The notes: a model not told the origin generated them from the letters alone. A DNA stretch of 64,000 nt from an uncultured Candidatus Binatia bacterium (GCA_965218425.1 OZ244621.1:4352001-4416000), one strand, 5' to 3'; positions 48,835 to 58,984 are shown, counted from the first letter of the stretch. Made by a program: numbers and translations.

Positions 48835-49830
48835 CTATGGAGACGGGAATAGCTCTTCCAAGGGGACCTTTCGTTTCATTAGCCCCTGTTCCACCAGGTG
48901 ATCCATTAATGTATTCAGGGTGTGCCGGTTGGGCTCAAGTCCATAGGACCACCCATCTCCACTGAAAAACTGGTCCAACTGTTCCAGATCATCCCATAAC
49001 CAGGGTAGCATAAACCGTAAAGTACCGCCCTCGCTAATTCGATCCAACACCCAATCTTTCGCTTCGACCATCGCGTTGTAGATACTTTTTGCCACCCAGG
49101 AGCGCTCCCGGTAGAGGCTCTCCTTCAGAACCATGGTGTGCATGATCGGAAAAATACCCGTCCTTCGGTAGTAGTTCTGTTCCACTTCCCGAAAGTTAGG
49201 GAAAAGCCTCTGCACATGGGGGCTGGAGCCAAAAGAGGTAGGTTTTCTGGCGCCGAGCAGGGCGTCCAGCTCGCCATTTCCCAACATTTCGTCCAAACTC
49301 TTGCCCTGGGGAGCAAACTCAAGGGAGAAAGACCCCCCCGGTTTGAGGTCCAGCTCATCAGGAGGCCGCGCAGCATTGATGCCCCCCTCCACCCATCGAA
49401 TGGTGGTCAGGTCAACACCGTAATCATGTTGTAGGGCACCCTTGGCCCATACGGCCGCCGTCTGTCGAAACTCTGGCACCCCCACACGCTTCCCTTCCAG
49501 GTCCTTCGGTTTCTCTATACCCGAGCGGGTGTTTACGAAGATAAACCCGTGGCGAAAGACCCTGGAGGGAAAGACAGGGATTGCAATGAACGGGAACTTC
49601 CCCTGTGAACGAAGGGACATGTAAAGTGCCAGGAACATCTCAGCAATATCGAACTCGTTTTCCTTAACAGCACGATCCACCAGCAGCGGAGGGGGTTCAA
49701 TGGCCAGGTAAGTAAGATCGATGCCCTCTGGCTTAACCATGCCATTGCGCAATGCTTCAGTTCTGTCGTAGGGGCCACAGGCCATGGTGAGGTTTAACCT
49801 ATCCGTCTTCGTATTCGGCGATTTATTCAT
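48835..49830 (-). CDS. 4,5-dihydroxyphthalate decarboxylase-like protein (periplasmic-binding fold)
   Basis: ACGPYDRT, FDIAEM, PVFPSRVFRH, GVPEFRQTAAVW, TGIFPIMH, YGLEPNR. Confidence 0.85.
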   Translation of the reverse strand: MNKSPNTKTDRLNLTMACGPYDRTEALRNGMVKPEGIDLTYLAIEPPPLLVDRAVKENEFDIAEMFLALYMSLRSQGKFPFIAIPVFPSRVFRHGFIFVNTRSGIEKPKDLEGKRVGVPEFRQTAAVWAKGALQHDYGVDLTTIRWVEGGINAARPPDELDLKPGGSFSLEFAPQGKSLDEMLGNGELDALLGARKPTSFGSSPHVQRLFPNFREVEQNYYRRTGIFPIMHTMVLKESLYRERSWVAKSIYNAMVEAKDWVLDRISEGGTLRFMLPWLWDDLEQLDQFFSGDGWSYGLEPNRHTLNTLMDHLVEQGLMKRKVPLEELFPSP

Positions 49831-50029
49831 GTGGATCTTCGTTATCTCAAATTGCCTAACACCGCAAGAAATCTTTATGACTAATTGTGCAATCCATCAC
49901 AAAGGTCATTGCAATGGAACCTCAGTGACAGTGTATAAAGTTACCCATACTACCTGCGAGAAGGGATGTAGCCCGATCCAATGGCTAAGCAAACAGACGA
50001 AATGACGCCTAACTCGGAGGTGGGTTGAA

Positions 50030-50299
50030 ATGCGGGGCGACGCACATACTCATTTTATCAGCCTCGACTTCATCAAGCATCTGGAAGGTCGTAGCACCCT
50101 TTCCAGCAGTGCCTTGGAGGGGGGCACCTACTTTACCACCTGTGCTCAGGGGTTTCGGCTGCCAATCCTCCCCAGAACCACTGACATGGAAGTGAAGCTT
50201 AAGGACATCGAGGATATGAGCGTTGATCTATCCGTCCTCAGCATTCGCCACTCAGCACTGAGTCTGCTTTGGGCGAGTGGCCAATTATGCGGATTATAA
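50030..50299 (+). pseudogene. Amidohydrolase N-terminal fragment
   Basis: GGAGG RBS; DAHTH...DMEVKLKDIEDMSVDLSVLSI, then truncated. Confidence 0.6.
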
Positions 50300-50323
50300 G
50301 GAAAGCTCCTGAATATATTGGGC

Positions 50324-51535
50324 CTAAATAAGTTCGTACAGTTCCTGAGGCCGGCTGCCCAATCGCTCGACACCATTTCTCCGAACCACCACAATCTCAC
50401 CCCAACGGCCATAATCCGGCTTCCCATCGACAAAGACGCTCGGCTTCACGATCATCACGCAACCTTCTTTCAACTCCATTGCTCTCAGTTCATGGGTAAT
50501 GCGAGTTGTAACCAGGGGCCCATCATCGCCTGTCCCACGCCCGTGCATGAGTAGCTTCGCTTCCCCCCGGCCATTCATTCCCTTCACCTCTCCGGCAGTA
50601 AGCAACTCTCCAACGGTGACGCCAGGTTTCATGGCTTCCACCACTCTATTGTAGGACTCGAATATCAATTGCATCCCGTCTTTGAGGTCCTGAGGGGCAG
50701 CCCCGATGGAAAAGGCCTGGTCGATCTGAGCGATATAGCCTCCCCATCGACCTTCGATTTCGATGCCAAGAACATCACCGGTTTCGAATTTACGAAAGGA
50801 CGGCAGTTCTACGCGGTGATAAGTATTGCCCAGGGGCCCGCTGCTCCACCCAAACATAGGGGTAAAACTTCCCCCTTCAACGGCACTGGTGTACATCATG
50901 TGCCCGAACACCTCCCGTTCGGCCACACCAATGCGCGCATGATTCACTACCGATTGAAGAACCTTCTCGGCGATTTGAGCCCCCTTGCGGAGGAATCCAA
51001 TTTCCTCTTCACTTTTTTGGTAGCGCGCTTCGCCCAGGAGGTCCGTGGCAGATACCACCCTGGCGTTGGGAAGAGCCTGCTTGATCAGTTCCACCGACTG
51101 CCAGTTGGCTTCGCCCTCAGTTTCCCGGCAATGACCCAATATTCCTCCGGTGAGTCCAGTAATGCCAACCACACCACGCTCAAACCCCATCTCCTTCAAA
51201 CGAGTCACGACGGTTCGACCTCCAGTACCGCGGGGCGCCGGACGAATGTCCGTGAGCCAGTTGGACGAGGGCCAGACACCCCCCCGTGAGAGCCAAGCGG
51301 TCACCTCATGATCCAAGGGGAAAACGACCGTCACCTCGTCAGAGTTTTCCCCGAGCTGTGTCAGGTAAATGGGATCCGCCTGACCTCGGTTGTGACTGTT
51401 AGTACAGGGAAGGCACACGAGGACGTCTATCCCGTCACCCGCCATCAATTCCCGTACCTTGCGCCACCGCCGGTCCCGTTCCTGTAGGGAGAAAACAGCG
51501 TTACTCCATTCTTGGCTCCATTGTTCAGGCATCAT
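50324..51535 (-). CDS. M24 (Xaa-Pro peptidase/creatinase fold) family protein
   Basis: GAGGGG RBS and ATG 51535; FSLQERDRRW, RYQKSEEEI, EIEGRWGGYIAQ, MKPG, HGRGTG. Confidence 0.85.
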   Translation of the reverse strand: MMPEQWSQEWSNAVFSLQERDRRWRKVRELMAGDGIDVLVCLPCTNSHNRGQADPIYLTQLGENSDEVTVVFPLDHEVTAWLSRGGVWPSSNWLTDIRPAPRGTGGRTVVTRLKEMGFERGVVGITGLTGGILGHCRETEGEANWQSVELIKQALPNARVVSATDLLGEARYQKSEEEIGFLRKGAQIAEKVLQSVVNHARIGVAEREVFGHMMYTSAVEGGSFTPMFGWSSGPLGNTYHRVELPSFRKFETGDVLGIEIEGRWGGYIAQIDQAFSIGAAPQDLKDGMQLIFESYNRVVEAMKPGVTVGELLTAGEVKGMNGRGEAKLLMHGRGTGDDGPLVTTRITHELRAMELKEGCVMIVKPSVFVDGKPDYGRWGEIVVVRRNGVERLGSRPQELYELI

Positions 51536-51754
51536 ACCCCTCCAAATCAAACACAAAGTGCCCACGGGGGCAACGATTCTAAGCACATCCCTTGTCGCAC
51601 AGCGTGGCAACCCATTGCAAGACAAAACGGTCTTTAACGGTACATTACAGCGCATGAAAGTAAGTGGAGAATCAACACGACACCAGAGAAGGGTTTTGCC
51701 CTTGAAGAGGGGTTTCTCAATTACCGTAGTGACGCGGTCTTGTCGGGGGATCAA

Positions 51755-52066
51755 ATGAAAAACATAATTCTCACGTCCGTCTTCTCACTTTTGATGCTAA
51801 GCATTGCGCTGCCAATGAGCACAGCCAGCCAATGGCATGAAGGGAGAAGCCTGCAGGGGGCCCTTGTAGGTCAACGGAAGATGGCTACCGATACAAACAA
51901 ATTGGCTACGGCCGCGGCTTGGATCACGTTTCAACCCAAGATCAAGGACAAGGCTTACTACGCTCGCATGATCAAAGACCTCATGCCCCAAGCATTCCCC
52001 AAGCATTTAAATTGGTCCAATGTGTGGATCGCTCAGCGGCCATTGAAGACCTTTGTATCGTTTTAA
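51755..52066 (+). CDS. Small exported hypothetical protein, possibly truncated
   Basis: GGGGGA RBS; signal peptide MKNIILTSVFSLLMLSIA; C-terminus runs into a receiver-domain remnant. Confidence 0.45.
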   Translation: MKNIILTSVFSLLMLSIALPMSTASQWHEGRSLQGALVGQRKMATDTNKLATAAAWITFQPKIKDKAYYARMIKDLMPQAFPKHLNWSNVWIAQRPLKTFVSF

Positions 52067-52370
52067 AGACGGTGGTGGAGAGCCTTAGCTATGAATGTCT
52101 TATGGCAAGCAACGGTAAAGAGGCTGTGGATATGGCTGCCTCCGAATTACCGGATGTCATCATGATGGATGTGATGATGCCTCAGATGGACGGCTTTACA
52201 GCCGCGGGCCTTATTCGTCAGAATCCAAAAACTGAATCATACCAATCTTGGCTGTAACCGTTTTGAATTCCCATAAAAAGAAGCAACAGTGCCTGGACAG
52301 CGGGGACAACGATGTCATCCATAAGCCTTCGCGCCGTCACAATTGGCTGCCCACCTGGAAAGGCTTTTGA
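52040..52370 (+). pseudogene. Response-regulator receiver domain remnant
   Basis: ASNGKEAV..PDVIMMDVMMPQMDG..NPKT, frameshift near 52238, then IPILAVT...HKP; no N-terminus. Confidence 0.75.
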
Positions 52371-52456
52371 AGGAATCCGGTACTAAAGCCCAGCCGTCCT
52401 AATGTTAGAGGCTACCCTTTTTCTCCCCGCAAATGCGCAAAGCTTTCCTGGACAGA

Positions 52457-52894
52457 TTAAGAACGCACAATGTCTTCGTACGAAGGCTCGGGCATTCCCT
52501 GCTTCCAGGTTGGATCGCGGAGTTCAAGCCTGTTACCGCTGGGATCGTGGAAATAGAGCTCTCTTCCTGTGAAATAGCCCTTTGCCCGGTAAACCATCTC
52601 TATGATGGGAATTTTCTTTTCGTGAAACACCTTACACGCCTGCACAAAGGATTCCGGAGTTACCGTAAAGGAATGATGAATTCGATCCTCTCCTTTGGAC
52701 TCTTTTGGCACTGGGTGCTCTCGTTCACATAGCAGGATATTGTGGTCGCCCACGTTGAAGCAGGTCATCACAGCGTTGCCGAGCCGCCCAACATGCTTAA
52801 GGCCGAGCAAATCGCCGTAAAATTTCTCTGACTCTGGCACACTGTTCACTGGAATGGACCAGTGGGTCACGCCCTCAATTTTCAGTAATCCCAT
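52457..52894 (-). CDS. Single-domain VOC family protein
   Basis: GVTHWSIPV, FYGDLLG, HHSFTV, YFHDPSGNRLEL; AGGAGG RBS. Confidence 0.88.
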   Translation of the reverse strand: MGLLKIEGVTHWSIPVNSVPESEKFYGDLLGLKHVGRLGNAVMTCFNVGDHNILLCEREHPVPKESKGEDRIHHSFTVTPESFVQACKVFHEKKIPIIEMVYRAKGYFTGRELYFHDPSGNRLELRDPTWKQGMPEPSYEDIVRS

Positions 52895-53021
52895 ACTCGC
52901 CTCCTTTGTGACATCCTACAATCGCCAATTTTTAACCGTTCGAATGATTATGCGCAACTGGGCCCGCACCCTTTCCCTCACCATACCCCACCTGAAGAGT
53001 TTGGCAGGTTACCCTTCGGCA

Positions 53022-53049
53022 TCTATACCACCGTGCACTATGGTGTCAA
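53022..53049 (-). promoter_or_regulatory. Candidate sigma70 promoter for the VOC gene
   Basis: TTGACA-16-TATAGA with an extended -10 TG. Confidence 0.5.
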
Positions 53050-53159
53050 GACAGGCAAGGCACTCTTTCAAAAAGTGTCGTGCGAAATGTCTCGTCCGCC
53101 ATGTCCGACCAGGGGAAACAAAGTTTGCATATTCTTCATCCCCGTCAACTTAGGGCTTC

Positions 53160-53376
53160 GGGGTCTTGCTTCGCTTCACGGGACTCCCGCAGCGACCCAC
53201 CGGGCCCACACTCGATGCTACGGGAGCTGCCGTGCCTGAGCGGAAGTTCGGTCCCGGGGCGTGGAAGCCTCTGCGAAGCTGAGGAAAAGCGGCATCGACT
53301 GTTCGAGCAAAGCGAGTTTCGAGGCTGCCCGCCGAGGAGCCCTGAAGCGAGGGACGGCGGCTCCCGTACAAGCATG
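53160..53376. other. GC-rich structured intergenic element (ncRNA or MITE-like), class unknown
   Basis: ATGCTACGGGAGCTGCCGT (53216-53234) pairs with ACGGCGGCTCCCGTA..AGCAT (53354-53376), with nested inner stems. Confidence 0.5.
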
Positions 53377-53531
53377 TTCAATCCCTTACCAGAACTGAGG
53401 TTTTCAACCTGCGGAACCACACTTTTTGCGCTAGAGCCGGTAGGCGGAAGAGCGGGGTCAGTGACGCAGTTTCCGGAGAGCATCTGGAAAGCAGAAATTT
53501 CTTTAAAGGGTCCGACCGACGGCCTCCCACC

Positions 53532-54659
53532 TTAGAGTCGGTAGAGGCTCGCAGCATTTTTCCATAGCACTTTCTCCCGTGTCTCCACCGGGACACCCTG
53601 GAAGCACTGATGGATCGTCTCCTGGGTGTGGGGCCAGGTGGAAGTCGTCAGGGGAACATTGGTGGACCAAAGAATATGCTCCGCACCCACGTGCTGCACG
53701 AATGGCGCAACCTCGTCGAACCATGATGTGAAGCAGCACTGACGGTGGAACATCTCAGAAGGTTTCAACTCGTAACCCTCAGAGGCCAAGCCGTCATGCT
53801 CGAACTGATGGTCCGCCCACTCCATGTAGAGCATACCCCAGCTCAGGGCGCTTTCTGCGAGTATTACTTTTAGACGCGGGTGACGTAACAATACTCGCGA
53901 GAAGGAAAACAGAGAGATGACGAATACACTGGAGACCGGCTTGGTCACTGCTTCAAGGGCTTCCGTTAGGGCAGGAGCCAAGCCTGAATAGGGGGTGTAT
54001 TGCAGCTCAGGAGACGCCCCTGCGTGGAGGCAAACGGGCACGTTGAGCTCTTCACAGGCCTCCCACACTGGATCGTACTCGGGTCCACTGACATGGGGGA
54101 CTCCGCGCAGACTCATGGGTAGTGAAGGAAAGACAACTCCCCTATGCCCCTTGGCGACAGCCCGCTGAATCTCAGCAACGGTGGCCTGGGCCGGCCAGAT
54201 GGGCACGATGCACTGTGGGACGAAGCGCTCGCTGGTGGCTGCCCACTCCTCAATCAGCCAATCGTTGTACGCTTGCACACAGGCAAGCTCCAGTTCAGGG
54301 TCCTCCAGACGGCCGAAGGCCTCCCCCGCCAAGCCCGCAACTGTGGGGTAGAGCACTGAATAGTCGACGCCTGATTCGTCCATCAACTTAAGCCGTTCGG
54401 AGGGCACATAGGCTTGTGGTGGCACCTGATCCCAACGGCTTGGCTCATGGTTACGGTCGGCCATCAAGGCACCCGTCCTCGCGGAGTGACCCTCCACAAG
54501 TACCCGCCCATCCACCACCCACCGCTCGCTACCCTCGGATGTTTGTTCGAGGTGCGGGATACGGTGACCCCATCGGCCCCTGGAGAGACGATCAGCCCAC
54601 AAGGTTGGCGGTTCTTGCACGTGGTCGTCAACACTAATCAGGCCGAAATTTATCTGCAT
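53532..54659 (-). CDS. Amidohydrolase_2 family protein
   Basis: SVDDHVQEP, VLYPT, PVCLH, LKVILAES; the usual WxxDYPH motif reads WSTNVPL. Confidence 0.87.
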   Translation of the reverse strand: MQINFGLISVDDHVQEPPTLWADRLSRGRWGHRIPHLEQTSEGSERWVVDGRVLVEGHSARTGALMADRNHEPSRWDQVPPQAYVPSERLKLMDESGVDYSVLYPTVAGLAGEAFGRLEDPELELACVQAYNDWLIEEWAATSERFVPQCIVPIWPAQATVAEIQRAVAKGHRGVVFPSLPMSLRGVPHVSGPEYDPVWEACEELNVPVCLHAGASPELQYTPYSGLAPALTEALEAVTKPVSSVFVISLFSFSRVLLRHPRLKVILAESALSWGMLYMEWADHQFEHDGLASEGYELKPSEMFHRQCCFTSWFDEVAPFVQHVGAEHILWSTNVPLTTSTWPHTQETIHQCFQGVPVETREKVLWKNAASLYRL

Positions 54660-54673
54660 ACAAGCTTACCCCC

Positions 54674-55690
54674 TCAATGCTCTTTCGCCACTACGGCAGC
54701 CTCCATTTGGTAGACGCGCAGCGCGTTCTCGTAGAGCACCTTGCGACGGTCTTCCTGCGGCACCCCCTTCAGTACACGCTCAACCGAATCCCAGGATCGC
54801 GGATAGAAGGAAGCCACATGCGGGAAATCCGACTCCCACATTATGTTATCGATACCGATAAGGTGTCGGAGCTTAATTCCTTCTACCTCGAACCAGAAGT
54901 TCACGTACATCTGCCTTCGCACCGTTTCGCTCGGACGGCTGGAAATTCCTTCCGTCCATAGATGGCGACACTCCCACTCGTGGTCGCATGCGGCCAGCAC
55001 GTAGTTGAATCCCCCAATCCCGGCCTCGGCAAACACGCACTTGAGAAGTGGGAAGCGCTCTGTAACACCGGAAAAGATCAACTGTGGGATGATCTGAGCC
55101 GGTGTTACCGCAGATGTGGCGGTCATTGCCGAGTGGGCCTGCCTCGGCGAGTAACCACTCCACTTTCGCACGGACGCTCCTGCGCGGAGATTTGCTGAGC
55201 CGTGAAAATGAATAGGAAGACCCATTTCCTGGCAAGCACTCCAGATGGGGTCCCAGTAAGGGTCGCTGGTCTGCGCCCACTCGGCGAGGGAGTCATTGTA
55301 GGCTTTCACCACATCGAGCTCGTACTCTTTATCGCCGAACTCGAAGTACGCGCCGCCCGGTGGATTAGGAAAGAGCACTTCCGCATCAACTCCATCAGTA
55401 TCCAATGCCCGTAAACGTTCCTTGGGGACATACGCGGTCCGAGGAATATCCTCCCACCGCTGGGGATAGGTGGGAAATGGATCCCCCATCACTGCTGGGC
55501 AATTGCCAACGTTATCGCCGCGGGCGTTGCCATAGACCGCCCAACGGTTAACCTGGCGCCCATCCTTCTCCACCTCCACTACTTGGGGAATCCGGTTCCC
55601 CCACTTTTGCACCGACATCCGGGAGGTAAAAGCGTCACGGTCAAACCCCGCATGGGAGTCCACGCTTATGAGGCCGTAGTTAATTTCCAT
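54674..55690 (-). pseudogene. Amidohydrolase_2 paralog with an in-frame internal deletion
   Basis: EWAQTSD joins PYWDPIW directly, whereas the adjacent paralog has about 48 residues between these points. SVDSH and MWESDFPH are intact. Confidence 0.7.
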
Positions 55691-55828
55691 CTCTGCTCCA
55701 AAACATTTTTTAAAAACCGTGGATCGGACAGCAAAATGCCCAAACAACATACCAAACTTGCGTGTCTTCGCAACCGTAAGCACATACGGAAAAACTTTTG
55801 CCTGCACCTGGTGGTGCACGGGAACAAT

Positions 55829-57001
55829 CTAAACTTTGGACTTGCGCCTGACGGCCCAGGTTCCCAACAGAAAAACCATGGTCGAACCGAGAGGCCCAAT
55901 CACAAAGACGCCGCCCAGACTGGTAACCTGTGCAATGAATCCCCCCAGGACCGGACCGAGAATATTGCCCAAGTCACCCGCAGCATTGAAGATCCCCGTG
56001 GCTACTCCACGTGGCACCTTGTGCTCGGGCACCTCCTGTACCAGTCCAACGGTGTTGGCCACGATCACCACGGCACGGGTGAAACCCACCACAACGTAAA
56101 CGGCTAAAATCGTACCAAAACCGGTGAACAGTGGGATCAACATAAGAATGGCAGACTGCAATGGCAGCCCAAAGTAAGACAAACCTCGATGCCCCACCTT
56201 GTCCACCACATGACCACTGATGGGCCGGGTGATGGCATTGCACCCCGCGTAAGCCGCACGCATCACCCCGATCTGCGTAAGACTCATTCCCACAGCCAAC
56301 CCGTATAGGGAAATAAACACGCTACTCATCTGATGCAACAAATTGAGGAACATGGCCACAATGACCACAATGGCCAGTTCGGGCTGCAAAATCGCCTTCA
56401 ACGTTTCTCTAGAGGTTAGTGTTGAGTGTTCCCGCACCTTGCCACGGTTTTCTCCACTGGAACCACGCAACAACCACAAAAGAGCGACAGGGAGTAACGA
56501 TACCAAAGCCCCTACCTGGAACGTCAACCTGTAACCAAAATGGTCCGCAATAAATCCGCCTAAAAAACCCCCTGTGGAATAACCCACCGCCAGGCTACCC
56601 ACATAATACCCCATGGCGTGGTTGCGGTTCTCGCTCGATGGCAGAGAATCAACGAAAAAGGCCATGTACAATGTCGTTACCGCGCCCAAGGCAAGTCCGT
56701 TGAAAGAATGCACAACGGCAAAGGTTACATCATCCGTAGCGAAGCTATATGAGTAAATGGTCACGCCCACCATCAAGATCGCGCCAGCAATGAGCATTCG
56801 AGCCCGACGTTGGCTGTAAACCATTCCCACGGGTAACCGTGAAAGCAGGGCGAAGATGGGACCGAGTGAAATCAAGGTGCCGATGGCGGCAACCGGAATG
56901 GACAACTCTTTAAGGTACGGGGGGATAATCGTCGACGCCATGTTGTTTTGCACCGTAATGGCAACCACAGGAACCAGGAGTTTTAAGGTCTGAAGGTTCA
57001 T
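55829..57001 (-). CDS. MFS transporter
   Basis: Multiple TM helices; GGFIADHFGY, GHVVDKVGHR, RGVATGIFNAAGDLG. Confidence 0.88.
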   Translation of the reverse strand: MNLQTLKLLVPVVAITVQNNMASTIIPPYLKELSIPVAAIGTLISLGPIFALLSRLPVGMVYSQRRARMLIAGAILMVGVTIYSYSFATDDVTFAVVHSFNGLALGAVTTLYMAFFVDSLPSSENRNHAMGYYVGSLAVGYSTGGFLGGFIADHFGYRLTFQVGALVSLLPVALLWLLRGSSGENRGKVREHSTLTSRETLKAILQPELAIVVIVAMFLNLLHQMSSVFISLYGLAVGMSLTQIGVMRAAYAGCNAITRPISGHVVDKVGHRGLSYFGLPLQSAILMLIPLFTGFGTILAVYVVVGFTRAVVIVANTVGLVQEVPEHKVPRGVATGIFNAAGDLGNILGPVLGGFIAQVTSLGGVFVIGPLGSTMVFLLGTWAVRRKSKV

Positions 57002-57262
57002 TTGGGTTTCGTATCGAAGGTTTCAAACAGAACCGTCAATTTTCTATTGGTAAAGGTATGGCTGCATTGGAAATAGGATGCGGTTAAGTGTAACAGGCGC
57101 TCCATGGTTGTACAAAACGCGCAGCTTGAACTCAGAGGGCTGGTAAAGTCTTGTGCATTGTGGAGGTGGTGAGACGGTTTGCGGCCGGCGCGGGATCTGC
57201 CGTGGCAAGGTCAATCAATCACAGGATCAGTTAAGAATGGAAGGCTATTCACACAGCGCTTT

Positions 57263-58168
57263 TTAGCTATCCACCGCTTCTTCGTAGGAGGCCCCGGCAT
57301 TTGTCTTAGTGTCGAATAGATTTCGCGCGCGCATCCAGTTCTGGGTCTTTTCAAAGATTTCTTTAGTGTACGACTGCGGCACCACGCGTTCGCCGATCCC
57401 GAAACGTCGAACGTCCACTTTGTCGTGAAAGCGCTCAGGGATCTCATTGAGAAAGTAGTGCTTGTATCGCTCCGGTTCCACATCAATGTCGGTTTGTGCC
57501 CAGACCAAGCAACCCATATAGCGCTCTACATTACCTGCATCTGCCTCGCGGGGGAACATAAAGGCCATCATGAACGTCGTGGAGAGGATCCTTCGAAATC
57601 CATGTTGCTCCAGCAGGTACAATTCCGGTCCCCATACATTCACCGCGGGTGTCTTCCCCGCCAGCGCGGCATCAACCCGAGCCCAGGAGGTGCCAATGAA
57701 TTTAAGCGCAATGTCTTTGGGGGATAAAAAGACCTCCAACGCCTGCAGAGCCGAATAATGGCTCCCTGAATGATAACCCACGGCAACCTCGATTCCCGCC
57801 AGTTCTCCGGGCTCCGAAACCTTTGAATCACCGGGGACCACAATGGCAGATTCGCAAACACTGTATGCCTTCCCCCACATAATTCCTTCTTTAACCTTCG
57901 CAGCCTGGTTAACCGTCCAATGGCAGGCACAGCTTACATCTCCAGCACCTCCACCCTTTCGGCCATGTCCTTCCGCATAGCGTTCAAATGCACCAAACAA
58001 GTTATCTTTGAGTGGAGTTGACGAATCGACACCGGTGAGCTCGGGAGTGCTTTTACGGCTTCCCTCCACATTGAACGCGTACTCGAGACCCGCGTCACGA
58101 AAATAGCCTTTTTCGTCCGCAACCCAATCGTTAAGCCTACCATGCGGTTGAATGATAAATTTTGCCAT
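57263..58168 (-). CDS. NMT1/SsuA-like substrate-binding-fold protein without signal peptide
   Basis: WVADEKGYFRDAGL, VSCACHW, ELAGIEVAVGYHSGSHY; ATG 58168. Confidence 0.78.
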   Translation of the reverse strand: MAKFIIQPHGRLNDWVADEKGYFRDAGLEYAFNVEGSRKSTPELTGVDSSTPLKDNLFGAFERYAEGHGRKGGGAGDVSCACHWTVNQAAKVKEGIMWGKAYSVCESAIVVPGDSKVSEPGELAGIEVAVGYHSGSHYSALQALEVFLSPKDIALKFIGTSWARVDAALAGKTPAVNVWGPELYLLEQHGFRRILSTTFMMAFMFPREADAGNVERYMGCLVWAQTDIDVEPERYKHYFLNEIPERFHDKVDVRRFGIGERVVPQSYTKEIFEKTQNWMRARNLFDTKTNAGASYEEAVDS

Positions 58169-58613
58169 GGGAATTGCCCCCATTAAATTTTTATAGCCGG
58201 ATGGCACCCCACCTGGTCACTCATCTCCCGCCACCACATTATTGCACTTATCACAACAATGAGCGCGCCAACAATAGCCCGACTTATCAAAACAGGACAA
58301 GAGCCTCCAGTTAGATAGGCATGAATCCGCCGATTGCTCTCGTGGCGCTCAATTTCCTGTCTCGTAGGCCGGTCTATTGCCCTATCCTAAGAAACCATCT
58401 GCAGTGAGTGAAGAGTATCAGCCCCTCTATCTGAAATCTGGAGCCATCCATCGCAGTCGAACCGGCGGCCTACTGATAATGAGACGAAAGAAGGTCCGCA
58501 CCAGCACCGAGTCGCACCTGGAAATGCGGGATAGAACATATGCGCGAACTTTGCGCCAGAAAGGATTATTGCCAGCGCTGCTTCGAATTGTGGCCATCGG
58601 CTCTGACCTTCTC

Positions 58614-58658
58614 AACTAAAGGAAGGGGCAACCCGACCAGTTGCCCCTTCCTTTAGTT
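58614..58658. terminator. Strong hairpin downstream of the RRM gene
   Basis: Perfect 19-bp stem from AACTAAAGGAAGGGGCAAC and its complement, with a 7-nt loop. Confidence 0.8.
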
Positions 58659-58675
58659 ACTTAGGAGTGAGAAAA

Positions 58676-58984
58676 CTACCAGCGATTGCGCTCGCCGCTT
58701 CTGTTTCCACGACCTCCCCCATCATTGTCGCGCTTTACCATAGGTTTAGCCTCATTGACCACCAGGGAACGACTATCCAGCTGGGTGCCGTTCAGGCCAT
58801 CGATAGCTTTCTGCGCCTCACCTCCGGAACTCATCTCCACGAAGCCGAAGCCCCGGGACTGGCCGGTCAATTTATCCGTTATTACTCTGGCGGTTTCTAC
58901 GGTTCCGTGAGCGGCGAATATTTCCTACAGTTTCCCTTCCGTTACAGAATATGGCAAACCGCCAACATACAATTTATTATTCAT
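58676..58984 (-). pseudogene. RRM RNA-binding protein (Rbp-type, Gly/Arg tail) with an in-frame amber codon
   Basis: MNNKLYVGGLPYSVTEGKL*EIF...SRGFGFVEM (RNP2/RNP1); TAG at 58925-58927; AAGGAGG RBS. Confidence 0.88.

Noticed and set aside
52990..53020. Minus-strand GCCGAAGG...AAACTCTTCAGG resembling a glycine riboswitch 3' half
   Set aside because: The 5' GGAGAG part is absent and a promoter-like TTGACA/TATAGA occupies that position. An Rfam scan would settle it.
53275..53295. GAGGAAAAGCGG resembling the RNase P RNA GAGGAAAGUCC motif
   Set aside because: Mismatch in the universally conserved core, and no matching 3' conserved region.
58377..58619. Small ORFs on both strands between the binding-fold gene and the RRM terminator
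   Set aside because: No recognisable motif or convincing RBS; cannot be supported from sequence alone.
25269..58927. Three in-frame TAG codons (25269, 42675, 58925) suggesting amber recoding or pyrrolysine
   Set aside because: Many intact genes here end in TAG. The expected residues differ (Tyr versus probably Gln). Two of the genes have other lesions and the third has an IS in its leader. No pyl genes are visible.
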